Of a DNA stretch of 64,000 nucleotides, positions 1-11,044 are shown piece by piece (within the stretch, counting starts at the first letter, position 1; each line of letters begins with the position of its first letter). Position numbers and translations under genes: made by a program. Under the pieces are notes generated by a model. It saw only the letters and a program-made list of their open reading frames with translations. It did no database searches and was not told the origin of the DNA. Source of the stretch: Penicillus capitatus (Eukaryota; Plantae; Chlorophyta); NCBI GenBank assembly GCA_965649825.1, contig OZ287698.1, forward strand, positions 449,949-513,948, read 5' to 3'.

Positions 1-34
1 GCATGCATTAAAGAACGATACGAAGAAAATACAA

Positions 35-2557
35 ATGGTGACGAGTTCAGTAGATAAGCACGATACGATGAGTTTAGTACAGAGGTTAAAAGGCATCTTC
101 CCGAATGTTTTTTGTGACAAGGTCAGATCAGCGAATGAGAATTTACTACGTATTAGAGTTAGCGAAAGGGATCTAGTATGGAATTTTGAGCCTAAACCTT
201 GCTGGCGAGAAAACTATTTTTCCGATCTGACCGAAAAAGAGATTACCGAAGAGATAGAGTCGTTACTTGAAGAAGAGATCATTCGAGTGTTATCTACGGA
301 GGAAGCCATTCATGCAGTCGTGGCACCTTTGAACTTTTTGAGAAAACCAAATGGGAAAATAAGACCGACTATTGACTTCAGAGATATCAACACATATCTA
401 AAAGGGAGTCAAGGTGGCACAATAACCCCGGTAGCTGACGCAATTAGTAAAATCGATCCAAGTTGGACTGTTTTTAATATTGTTGACGTGGTCCATGGGT
501 ACGGTTCAATACCAATAGACGATAGTCTGTCTAAGTTTTTCGCATTGCATTGGAAGGGGATAACATATGGTTTCCGTAGACTTCCGCAGGGTGTTAACAT
601 AAGTCCGGAGCTCTTTAATAATAGAATGACTCACATTCTGCAAGGACTAGACGTGATAAGATATTTTGACGATATATTAGTGGGTGGAGAAACAGTGAAT
701 GATCTCTTTGAAAAGACTAGGCTGCTATTACAGCGTTTTGATGAATATGGTCTGACGGTCAACATACAAAAATGTGATTGGTTCAAGAGCTCCGTGAGTT
801 TTTTGGGTACAGAACTGAATAATGGCACCATCAACCCATACCACAAGCTGCAAGCCATTTTACAGAAGTTGCCAAGGATCGAATCACGCCATGACGTTCA
901 AAGAGCAGTGGGGCTGTGTCAACAAGTCGCACCATATTGCTACAAATACACATATGTCATGAATGAGCTGAAGCCGTTTCTTAAAAGAGAAAATAATGAT
1001 TACAAACAAGCGAATAAGATTTTTCAAGAGACAGTAACCGATTTGTGTATTAATGCATACAGATTGACACTACAGAGGGTGGGTCCGTTTCATTTGTACA
1101 CCGATTGGTGTGGAAACCCTTTGAACCAGTTTGGATTCGTTCTCTTTAATTCAGCTTTGCAACCATGTGTTTTTGGTTCGTTTGCTACAAGCGAGAAGGT
1201 AGGAAGTTTTTTGGGGGAGTTGATGGGGATCGTGGAAGCTTTAAAGCAATGTTTTTACATGACAAAGGGATTTGCTGTTACCGTATATTCGGATAACCAG
1301 GCCACAATAGAGTGGCTGAAGGAGCCAACATTTTTGCACAAATTCAAGGATTTAAGGATACAACGACAATACAGTTGGCTGAGGCATCATTTTTCACTAG
1401 ACAGACTGAATTTCCGTTTCGTAGAAGGGAAAGACAATGCGATTGCAGATGTACTCAGTCGATGGAAAGTGGCTAATCCAGTGACCTCGGAAATCAACCA
1501 AAAACACCAGGGCTACCAAGTTTGTACCCTCGGGGTACAACAAGAAACACAAAGTTGGCGTAGGGATGCGATTGCTCGAGCACACAAAGGCCACTTTGGA
1601 ATTAGAAAGACGTGGTTGAATTTGAGATCGGATGGGTTCAGGTGGGAAAATGATTACGAAGACGTCAAAAGTTTCGTTCAGACTTGCGATGTTTGCCAGC
1701 AATTTAGACAATTGCAACACAACGTAGATTTAGGGATGATAGATAGTCCAACACCAAACCATACCTTGTGTTTAGATTTCATCGGTCCGTTACCTAGAGG
1801 AAGGCATGGTTATCGTTTTATCGCAACCGGTATAGATGCATTTACCAAGTTTGGCACGGCGCAAGCATCTAAAACGTGTTCTACTACTCAGATCATAAAG
1901 CTGCTGAAGAACTGGATTGCATTGAATGGCCCACCGGAACGTATTCTGTGTGACAATGGAGCAGCATTCATCTCAAAAGAGTTTGAGAGTTTCTGTGAGC
2001 GACACGGCGTTGACATCATTCACACACCGGCGTATGCACATAAAAGCGCCGGCACAATTGAAGCGTACAACAAGAACTTCGTCAATCGTCTAAAGAGAAT
2101 TTGGAAAGAGAAAAGAGGAGACTGGACCGAACACATCAACGAATGTGTACAAGAAATAAATCGAACAGTGCATTGCACTACTCTTTTCTGCCCAAGATAT
2201 CTCCTTAAAGGAATTCACAGAAGTGGCAGACAAGCAAATGATGAGCAATTAGCAAAAGATCGGAAACTGGCTTACGAGAGAATCAAAAGAGCACACGAGC
2301 AGTCTGCCAAGAGATATGCAAAGAACGTCAAAGATGTTCCTATTCACGAGGGCATGGAAGTATCTTGGTACAACTCCAAATTAGCTGATCGCTTAGACTC
2401 TAAGATCTATTCTAAGTGGGTCTCTCCCTGTGTATTGACAAAGAAACGTAGTGAACATCGTTGGGATATCGAACTGCCTGACGGGTCTTACCTATATAAC
2501 GTACATCGAGATTTTCTTCAACCATTTCGGCGAAAGATAGGTGGGCCCATGTTCTGA
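35..2557 (+). CDS. pol: Retrotransposon Pol (RT, RNase H, HHCC zinc finger, DDE integrase)
   Basis: RT motifs RPTIDFRDIN, LPQG and YFDDILV; RNase H YTDW, ELMGI, DNQA, NAIADVLSR; integrase AHKGHFG...CDVCQ, LDF, DNG, IEAYN. The frame is open back to base 2, so the ORF continues beyond the window. Confidence 0.95.
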   Translation: MVTSSVDKHDTMSLVQRLKGIFPNVFCDKVRSANENLLRIRVSERDLVWNFEPKPCWRENYFSDLTEKEITEEIESLLEEEIIRVLSTEEAIHAVVAPLNFLRKPNGKIRPTIDFRDINTYLKGSQGGTITPVADAISKIDPSWTVFNIVDVVHGYGSIPIDDSLSKFFALHWKGITYGFRRLPQGVNISPELFNNRMTHILQGLDVIRYFDDILVGGETVNDLFEKTRLLLQRFDEYGLTVNIQKCDWFKSSVSFLGTELNNGTINPYHKLQAILQKLPRIESRHDVQRAVGLCQQVAPYCYKYTYVMNELKPFLKRENNDYKQANKIFQETVTDLCINAYRLTLQRVGPFHLYTDWCGNPLNQFGFVLFNSALQPCVFGSFATSEKVGSFLGELMGIVEALKQCFYMTKGFAVTVYSDNQATIEWLKEPTFLHKFKDLRIQRQYSWLRHHFSLDRLNFRFVEGKDNAIADVLSRWKVANPVTSEINQKHQGYQVCTLGVQQETQSWRRDAIARAHKGHFGIRKTWLNLRSDGFRWENDYEDVKSFVQTCDVCQQFRQLQHNVDLGMIDSPTPNHTLCLDFIGPLPRGRHGYRFIATGIDAFTKFGTAQASKTCSTTQIIKLLKNWIALNGPPERILCDNGAAFISKEFESFCERHGVDIIHTPAYAHKSAGTIEAYNKNFVNRLKRIWKEKRGDWTEHINECVQEINRTVHCTTLFCPRYLLKGIHRSGRQANDEQLAKDRKLAYERIKRAHEQSAKRYAKNVKDVPIHEGMEVSWYNSKLADRLDSKIYSKWVSPCVLTKKRSEHRWDIELPDGSYLYNVHRDFLQPFRRKIGGPMF

Positions 2558-2705
2558 TGGAATACGATGAGAATAATCTTAGAAAAATGAACATTAAAAC
2601 GGACGCGCTGGATCACAGGATTGTAACTGCGATCTGTACGTTTCACAACGAACAGCCTACCGCTAACGCGTATTCCCTTACCTTTTCGAGCGAATTCTCA
2701 CAACA
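2550..2705 (+). repeat. Putative 3' LTR (156 bp)
   Basis: Starts TGTT and ends AACA (inverted termini), follows the PPT-like GAAAGATAGGTGGG, and contains TGTAA at 2622-2626. The second LTR copy is not in the window, so it cannot be confirmed. Confidence 0.65.
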
Positions 2706-3725
2706 ACGGTCGAGTCTTCGTCGACGCACCCATTCGCCAGCGTCGGCAGAACTTTTGTCAGCGAACTGCGGCGCCGCCTCGGTGACTCTTCCCATGGCAT
2801 TTATCGCCGCAACACGCACGTTTGAGCCTTCGTCGACGCATCCATTCTCCAGCGTCGGCAGAACCTCGCCGGCGACCTTCGGCGCCGCCGCAGCGACTCG
2901 GCCACCCGTAAACATTGCTGCATAACGCACGTTCCAGTCTTCGTCGACGCATCCATTCTCCAGCGTCGGCAGAACCTCGCCGGCGACCTTCGGCGCCGCC
3001 GCAGCGACTCGGCCCAAAGTAAACATTGCTGCATAACGCACGTTGGAGCCTTCGTCGACGCATCCATTCGCCAGCGTCGGCAGAACCTCGCCGGCGAACT
3101 GCGGCGCCGCCTCGGTGACTCTGCCCATGGCCTCCATCGCCGCAGCACGCACGGTCGAGTCTTCGTCGACGCACCCATTCGCCAGCGTCGGCAGAACTTT
3201 GTCAGCGAACTGCGGCGCCGCCTCAGTGACTCTGCCCATGGCCTCCATCGCCGCAGCACGCACGTTTGAGCCTTCGTCGACGCATCCATTCGCCAGCGTC
3301 GGCAGAACCTCGCCGGCGAACTGCGGCGCCGCCTCGGCGACTCTGCCCATGGCCTCCATCGCCGCAGCACGCACGTTCGAGTCTTCGTCGACATACCTAC
3401 TTATGAACGTCTGCATAATTTCACTAGCAACCTGCGGCGCCGCGGCAACGATGCTGTCCATGGCCGACATCGCTGCATAACGCACGTTTGAGGCGTCGGT
3501 GAGGTACCCATTTGCCAGCGTCGGTAGAATTTGGCCGGTGACCTGCGGCGCCACCACAACGACGCTACCCGCCGCTAACATCGCTGCATAACGCACGTTC
3601 GAGCAATCGTCGACACACCCAGTTGCCAGTGTGGGCAGAACTTTCTCAGCGACCTGCGCCGCCAATTTGACGACTCTGCCGACGGATTCCATCACCAGAT
3701 AACGCGCATGCGAGTCTTCGTCGAC
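2706..3725 (-). repeat. Tandem 111-bp (37-aa) HEAT-repeat array, 9 units plus a 20-nt partial unit
   Basis: The TCGACGCA anchor recurs at 2721, 2833, 2944 and 3055. Unit consensus is VDEDSNVRAAAMEAMGRVAEAAPQFAGEVLPTLANGC. Confidence 0.95.
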
Positions 3726-6700
3726 CCACATCTTCGCCATTATTGGCAGAATCTCGCCAGCGTGCCCAGGCATCTGTTCTGCGATAAAACTTAACCTTAT
3801 AATGCTCTCCTTTGGATTGCACCAACCATCGGGTTCTTCTGTCAACTGCAATACAAACTGAATTATTTTGTAACTCTGCTTCGGCGAGAGCCCTGCAAGC
3901 TTTAAGGTATCCGTAATTTTAGCCTCTTTCTCCCATGTCAACTTCTGCAACTGTGCTAACAGTTTCTTCGCTTTGTCGATCGTTTCATCGAGAACTTGAG
4001 GAAATTCTTTCAGAACACATGAGGGTTGTAGGAACTCTTCAACCACGATTTCTCGAATGAGAATATCGTCGAAAGTCCAATCGAGGAGTCGACGAGCAAC
4101 TTCGGCGAGCTTGATTGCTTGTTCGTCGTTGAGGAAATCTTTCATGTCTTTCTCATCCGTCTCCTCTAGGGTTGCCTCGAGAACTCGCATTTTCAAGAAG
4201 AAGTGCTGTATTCCAAGAACCTCGACGGGGTCTTCGTCGACGACCGAGAGCATCTCTTTCAACGCAGATTTGCTTCGTTTTTGCGCTAAAGCGTGCGTTG
4301 CGAAGGATAGTGTCAAGGCATTCTTCTGACAGTATTTTCCTTCTTTCACGAACTTTAGCACTCGTTCTTCTTGATTCGATCCTTTGTTCTTTAAGCTTCT
4401 GGCAATGAATTTTCCAGCAAAAAACTCCTGAAATGTGAGATGGGTAAACTGATACTGCTGTCCCTCCATAACCAGCAGGAGGAATCCGCTATCTTTGAAG
4501 AGTGCCGTCGTGTTTGTGGACGTTGCATTACTCTCGACGGTCCGCTCTTCGATCAATATCTGTCCGCTCCTAAGCGCCTCGAAGGCAATCTCTTCTAGAT
4601 CCTCGAAAACGATGTTCTTGTTCGCCGTTCTCGCTTCGGGCCTTTCCTTGAACCTCTTCCATACAAAATTCGTCATATCTTGGTAGATCTGAAACATGCT
4701 TGCCTTCTTCCCTCGATCCTCGACGGCCGTACCATGTTCTCTCGACAAGGAGCAGAGAATGTGGGCCGTCACAGGAGTGTGTGCGGTCTCCCACATGCCT
4801 CGATCTTGTTTCAAAGAACGGATAAGCCTCGAAGCTTCGTCTTGCTCGAGTTCTCTGTGCATGTAGTTTCTCAGCTGCTGGTCGTTGAATCCGAGGCACG
4901 CGAACTGGCAATCGACTCTTGCTCGTATCTGTTGGAGATTGTACGGTCGCGTCAGTATCAGCAACTTGCACAAACGATCCTCTGCCGCACGAACGAGCTC
5001 TCTGGCGTCTTCTCCAGCTTCATCCAATCCGTCAAACATCAGCAGAGTGGTTGGAGAATTGAGGTCGCCTTCGACTTGAGTCAAGAGATCTGAGTATTCG
5101 ACGTCGTCTCTTTCGCCGAAGCACACTTGTGCAATTACGCCCTTCAACGTTATTCCCTGTGAGCTTTTGGACTTTGCGGCGTTGACCCGTCTGATCGGAA
5201 CGACGTAGATGATTTCGAACTCTCGCATGATTTCCCCGATTGCCCACTTGTGTGCGAGGACTTTGCTGATGCACGTTTTTCCGGAGCCAGGGTTTCCGTA
5301 GAGAAGAACCCTTCTGACTTCGCTTTCCGGGTCGCCCGGTTTCAAAGATCTTGGCTTGAACAGTTCCTCCACACGAACGGGCGTTGTGACCTTTTTCTTC
5401 TGTTCGTAGTGCTCCCATGGGTGATCTTTTTTACGACTTGACGAATGTTTGACTTTCCCCTCTTCTTTTCGGTCTTCTCTTTTATCGATCGTCGTCTCTT
5501 CGACGATCTCTTCGTACGCGACGACGTAGTGCTCCATTTCTTTTACGTGATGTCCGACTTTCGTTCCGAACAAAGATGGCACCTTCAAAAAGAAAGTGAT
5601 CCTGCTTTTATCGACACACAATCAGAGAGACTGCTTACTTTGGCGAAGCTGTCATGCTTGTATCTTTCTTTCAAATCTATGATGTTGAACCGAACTATGT
5701 CCAAAGGGACGTATCCAACATCCCGTGCAATCTTGACAAAGACCTTGTGGCGCTATGCACACGCTTCTTGTCGATCTCGCATTTTAAGCTTGTCTTCCAT
5801 AGCATAGCCATCTAGCCACGCTGTGAACGTGCGTTTGAGATGACCCTCGTAAGACTGTTGCGTTTGCCGGAACACTTCGGCAGTTTCTTGATTGTCGTCA
5901 TCCGTTGTGTGGATTTCGTGTACAGCATCCAAGAACTCTGTAAAAACATCTTCATCGTTGAACCACTCTTCGAAGATTGCGCGAGTGGTTGCTAGCATCA
6001 GCAGCTTCGCCGTGGCATCTTTGCGCACACTTTCGCAAACGACCCGCCTCGCCGACAGCCTCATCTCTTGGATGATTCCGAATCTCAATGACTTCAACTC
6101 TTCCCCTTCTGTCATCTTTTGTTGGGATCCTATTGCAGCGTCGAATTCGGACCCGAAATGCTCAAGCTTCGTTTCGTCCTTCAGCGCTTCTAATCTCTTC
6201 GCCATCAGGCTTCGTAAGTGGTCAAACCATGGGCGCTTCGGTATTCCCATGTTGTCAATGGCGGCTTGACTTCTTTCGTACGCTTCCTCGATGGCCGCCG
6301 GATCGATGTCACCCCTTGCCAGGTTTCTGAGGAAATGAAAAACGTGCACGAATCCACACAAGCCCCACATAGCGTATTGCTTTTTCTGTGCGGCCCTTGA
6401 AGTAGCGTCTTCGTCTTTGAGGCGTTCTGCCGCCTGACGAAGCGCTTTGAAATGAAAGTTCACGGGGTAGTGCTTGCACGAGAGTTTCATGGCTCTCTCT
6501 TTCTCTGCGATGGTTCTACGAAACTCTTGCTTCTCGTCTTCGTCGATCTCGATTTAATTGGCTTCGCGAAGCAGGAAGAAGGTCTGCTGGAGAGCAAGAA
6601 ACGTCGCTTCGTGCTTCGCAAAGGTTTTCTTTGTGAGCTTCGGCTCTCGAGGGAGGCTGCCCAACAGTTTCCTCGCCACGACGACCAGTTGCCCAGCGTC

Positions 6701-7148
6701 GTCGTACGCGAAAGAATCGACGTGCACAAGTGCACTATAAAGGGCAGCAGCAAAGTTCGGCGGCAGAAAGTTTCCTTCGCAGATGCACGAAGCCAGGTCG
6801 CTGATCAAGTCTTTTAGTATATCCTTCTCGCTTGTAGAGTACGGGGCGATGTTGGCCAGTTCCGCATACTCGAGGACAACCATGGGTGTCAGACAGTCAC
6901 CACTTCGTTCGTGGTACTTGAGCAACCATCCAAGCAGGACAAGCGCGTTCCTCTTTATCCGTCGTCGCGTTATACGCTGTAACCAGCAACTTGGTGCTGT
7001 CGATGTTACGCTTGTGCGCGATAACACGCAAGAGTTTCGGGTCATAACGTCCTTCAATAGCCGGCAGCTCGATGACGGGTCGACTGCAAATTCTCGATGC
7101 GGATGGCCCGCCACTACTAGGGCCTTCATCCGGGGCTTGAGCTTGCAT
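2706..7148 (-). pseudogene. NLR-like gene (helical N-terminal domain, NACHT NTPase, HEAT repeats), disrupted
   Basis: Walker A GNPGSGKT, Walker B LLMFDGLDE and FTHLTFQEFFAG. ORFs 6897-7160, 6554-7129, 5753-6490 and 2643-5621 join into one gene through a frameshift near 6950, in-frame TAA (6554-6556), in-frame TAG (5753-5755) and a GT-AG intron (5583-5638). There is also a +1 frameshift near 2752 and an LTR insertion at 2705/2706. Confidence 0.85.
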
Positions 7149-7399
7149 GTCTGGTTTCAATCTGCAGAACAGAACAGCGTTGTTTTAGCTCGGCGCACGG
7201 GTCAAAGCACTTACCGGCGTTCGCAGTTCGCAGTAAAGTTCGCAGCGAAGAAGATGAATCAAACGTTCTCGTTAGGTTAAATCTAAACGACAGTGACTGA
7301 TCTGATGTCTCCTGTCAGTAGCAGAGATCATAATACCTGATACCGTCATCTGGCCGGATGCTAAACTCGATGCTTCATCAGCGCTCTTGTCTATAATCA

Positions 7400-8428
7400 T
7401 CAAAAGTACCTTTGCAGCACTACATATCTATGTCGATGTCGCAGAGAGCAACGGACATCTGCAGCACTTAACATGTTAGTAGATTGAATTCGAGTCAGTA
7501 CGCCAAAAACAGCCAGCGTTTTTCTGCTAAAACTCCCATATTCGTCGAGATTATTGCCAAAGGTGGCGTTCAGTAGCCTCCCAGTCAACACAAAATCAGA
7601 TACGCAGATCGTCTTCTTATCAATGCCTTCAACGAGTGCCGGTAGAGAACAGTGCGGCATATCTTTGTCCCAGTCATTCGCACAGGTAATCCATCTGATC
7701 CACTTATGCGAACGAAGGAATCGCTCTGCGGAGTTGCTGGATCGGGGAATGGAGATGGGTCGGTCTGCTCTGTCGTCTCATCCTCGTCTCCAAATCTGAA
7801 GAGGACAGATCCATCATGGCCGTGCTGGATTCTTTGCTCCTTCTCTTCGATGCGAGCCTTGTGGGCGTCCAGTGTCTTCTCCATGCGTTCCAGATAGGCC
7901 TGCATTTTTGCGTACTGTTCCTTGAGGTTTGCTCGCTGCTGTAGCAGTTCTGTGAGGCGTGCCTCGGCAGCGGCCGTTTCGTCGGCGGCCTTTGTCTTGA
8001 GAGATTCAAGTGCCTTCAGCCGTTCGGTCTCCTCTTCTGCTTCGATATCTCGTACAATGGCTCGGTATTCCAGAAACAGCTTTCTGCGCTGGTTCTCAGG
8101 GAGTGTGCGTGATAACGCCGATCGTCGTAGATCTGACGCTTGATGTGTGGCCACGATAAGGATCCTCGAATGGCAGGTTGCGTTTCTGGTGAGTGATTGG
8201 CAATGATGGATGGAACAGATGTGAGGGTGCTCACCTCTCAGGAGAATCCTGAAATCGGACGTTGCCTTCTCCAGTGATGCCTCGTCTGTGTCTCTCTGAT
8301 GCTGTTCCTGCCTCACACTCTCGAAGATCTGTCGATCTCTCTCCATCCTTGACAGCGAGGAAGGCCTTCTCTTGACCCAACGATGGAGCGATGTCTCCCA
8401 GTGGGATCCCGAATGAAGAAGGCCTCAT
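7400..8428 (-). CDS. Hypothetical coiled-coil protein (spliced, model uncertain)
   Basis: ORF 8231-8428 splices in phase (AG|gtgag...ccag|A) into the 7585-8346 frame, which has a long E/K/A/L-rich heptad stretch. The 3' end is unresolved. Confidence 0.35.
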
Positions 8429-8878
8429 TCAACAAACAAACTCTACAGGCCATACAAACTCAAAGCGCCTGAAACGATCTGAGACGACTCGGTCTACACG
8501 TCAAGTGAAGAATTGCACACATCACAGTGTTTCCAATAATTGAGTCTCTCAAGCTGATTCGGCCATATGGGGGGAAGAGCACAGAGCAGGTGTCTGTGTT
8601 CGCGGTGCTAACAATCTAGCATCTATCTTCTTCTAGCACAGAATGCGTGCGGTCTGCCGAGAACGGTTTTAGTTTCGTAGCTACCGCGAAAACGCAAACA
8701 CGGTGAGATAGTGTGCCCGAGAATGTAGATAATCAACTAATTACAGGAAAACCCACAAGTCTAAATATCTCAAAATTACTGAGAAAAAAATTCAACGTAT
8801 GGACATAGAAAATAGGGCTAACGAGATATTCTCGCTAATGTTGAAATTGATATATGTATATGGTACATCTCTTATTCT

Positions 8879-9895
8879 TTACGTGCACATAGCACAGGAA
8901 CTCGCATCGGACATATCTTCTATAGTGAAGCGCTCGAAGGCTTCATTGAGTTCCAATCGCATGCGCTTCGCGACGCGCCAATGGATCTGTGCAATTTCCA
9001 TCTTCTCAAACTCGCTCGTCATTGCAGCTGTAAGTAAGTCGAGTCCTGCTTGTTTTCTACTTCTCTTTCGATCGCTCGGCCGAGGAGGTGCAGTCGCTGC
9101 AGTTGGCGATTTTGTGAATCTCGACAGCGGCGGAGCTTGTTCCCAGTCCATGTCGGTATCACCTAAGGCGAGAATGGTCCGGTAACGAGTGACCAAGGAA
9201 TGCGATAGGAGATTCGATGAATCTACCTGTGTCACTGCCGGATCGACCATTTGAACCAGGTTTTATTTTGATTTTGCCATTGATTGACCCTTGCTGCCCG
9301 CATTGGCAGACTGTGTGGTCGGAAGTGGCGTTCGGGCGAAGCGTCTCCGAATTTTTGGAAGGACGAGGACTGGAGGACGCCTTGCGGCGAAGCGGGACGA
9401 AGATGGCAGGTCCGCTTGGCATGTGGCTAGTAAAGGGGATCGAGAACACGGAAGACCCCGTCGTAATGAACTCGCCGAAGATCGCCTCCAGTCCGTCCGA
9501 TGTGACAGCAGGTGTAGACAGTCGTGCCCCTCGGAGAATCCTTCTGGCCGGACGACGCCGAGGAGTCGGTGTGAGATCGATGCGGCGCTGGACAGCCTCC
9601 TTTTCCGCTCTCTCCATATTTCCTAGTTCCTTCTTCCTCCAGTACGCGGCTTGTCTCTCCTCGTCTCTCGCCTGAGTGGGGGAGACTGTCCGTCGACTCG
9701 TGAGGGAAGTAGAACTGTAAACGTAGCAATGAGTCAGAAGTGTCGGCGCGACGTGGGCCCTGCAAAAAAAGCCGCAGGAGCGCGGAGTTGAAACGAGCTT
9801 CGGTTAGCGTAAGAATACTCTCGCTTCTTTTTTTCGAGAAACGCGTACTGTTGCATCGAAAAGATTCCGTCTGCTTTGTTTTGCTTCATGAACAT
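8879..9895 (-). CDS. Hypothetical protein or degenerate gene
   Basis: Chain of minus-strand ORFs (9734-9967, 9159-9617, 8879-9250) with plausible splice sites and no recognisable domain. Confidence 0.2.
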
Positions 9896-11044
9896 CGTAG
9901 CGATGGTGCTCAAGGCAGGAGAACGCGTGCGTAAAAGAGTTAAACTTGTCGAAAAGGATAACCACAAAACGAAGAATGTATAGGAACGCTATCGACGTTG
10001 GAGCTTATTGTACCTTTATGATGTGACAGTCCGCGTAGCCGGCGCTCTCCTCCTTCCTTTGCGTTTCTGTTCCATTTCTTCGCCGACTCGACCCGTCGCT
10101 ACGCTACACTGAGGTTCGTTGAAGTCAAGACGCCGTTTACTTATCAAATTCGAATGGCATGGCTTCTATACAGTATTTCCGTCACATATCCGGTGGTTTG
10201 AATGGGTTGCTTGTTCATGTGCCGATACGAATTCGCAATGACTCAAATCTGTCTGAAAGACTTTAACAGTGTATAGTCGAGTTATCCGTCGGTAGCGCAA
10301 AGAGAAGCACCGACGTAATCTCTATCATCTCTTCTCCACCTGAATGTCGGGCGAGGCTCGCGGTCAACCTCCAGTGTGCTGACTAAAGTGTGTCATTCGT
10401 TTCTGCTCTCTATTCAAGTTTCAGTGTTACTGATTAAGTGTTCGTTCGATTCGTTTCTGTACCAAGAGCGATTTAACGCATTGACAAGGCTCGGGCGACA
10501 AATCACCTCGATAACAAATGTCCGCCATATGCGGGTTGATGACTATTTCCGATCAGGATTTTCTGGCCGAAATCTACGACGACGAAACCATCGACGTTAT
10601 AGAAAGGAGGTAATAAAATGATCGGTGAAGACATGGGCAAACCGTCCTGGGCATTAAACGATTCTCCTGCCTTGCAGGCTCGAACCGTCTCTTGTACTTA
10701 ACGATGCAGCCTTTTCGACGCAGCCATTCGCACTCGTGCTTCAATATTTCCGTCGTTCCTCCTTATCCATCGTAAAAAAGATTCCTCGACATCGCTCGTC
10801 GCGTATATTCTGACTGTGTTACTAGTTTGCTCCTCACGTAGTTCTACCGTCGAAAGGAATACAACGGGCAGTTCTACGGTTAACGCCTTTCCTGATGAAT
10901 GGTATCGACTCGTGGTGAATATTGAGCGTCAGCTTTTCACTTCGGTTCTTTCGTGCGATTTTGGCATCGATACTACTTCTAAGATGAAGTTCTTTTGTAA
11001 ATCATTGTATCGTGTTGTTAGGGTATTTTGACGCGACAGACCGA

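Larger units (their letters stand above)
1..2705 (+). mobile_element. Ty3/gypsy-type LTR retrotransposon, 3' part (5' part lies left of the window)
   Basis: Intronless, AT-richer pol ORF in RT-RNaseH-integrase order. It is followed by a purine tract (2532-2545) and a TGTT...AACA-bounded segment (2550-2705), after which the host HEAT repeat resumes in register. Confidence 0.92.

Noticed and set aside
2557-3480. Alternative-frame and antisense ORFs over the HEAT array (2557-2925, 2758-3174, 2801-3394, 3043-3480)
   Set aside because: These are by-products of a GC-rich 111-bp tandem repeat lacking stops in other frames.
5753-6556. TAA/TAG-to-Gln genetic code, as in some ulvophytes
   Set aside because: Many conserved genes here terminate at TAA or TAG at the homologous position (UFC1, RPL15, LSM2, PFDN5, VTI1), and long ORFs contain no in-frame TAR.
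10605-10701. Perfect Shine-Dalgarno-like AGGAGGT followed by ATG
   Set aside because: It leads to only a 27-codon ORF with no recognisable product in a eukaryotic context; treated as chance.
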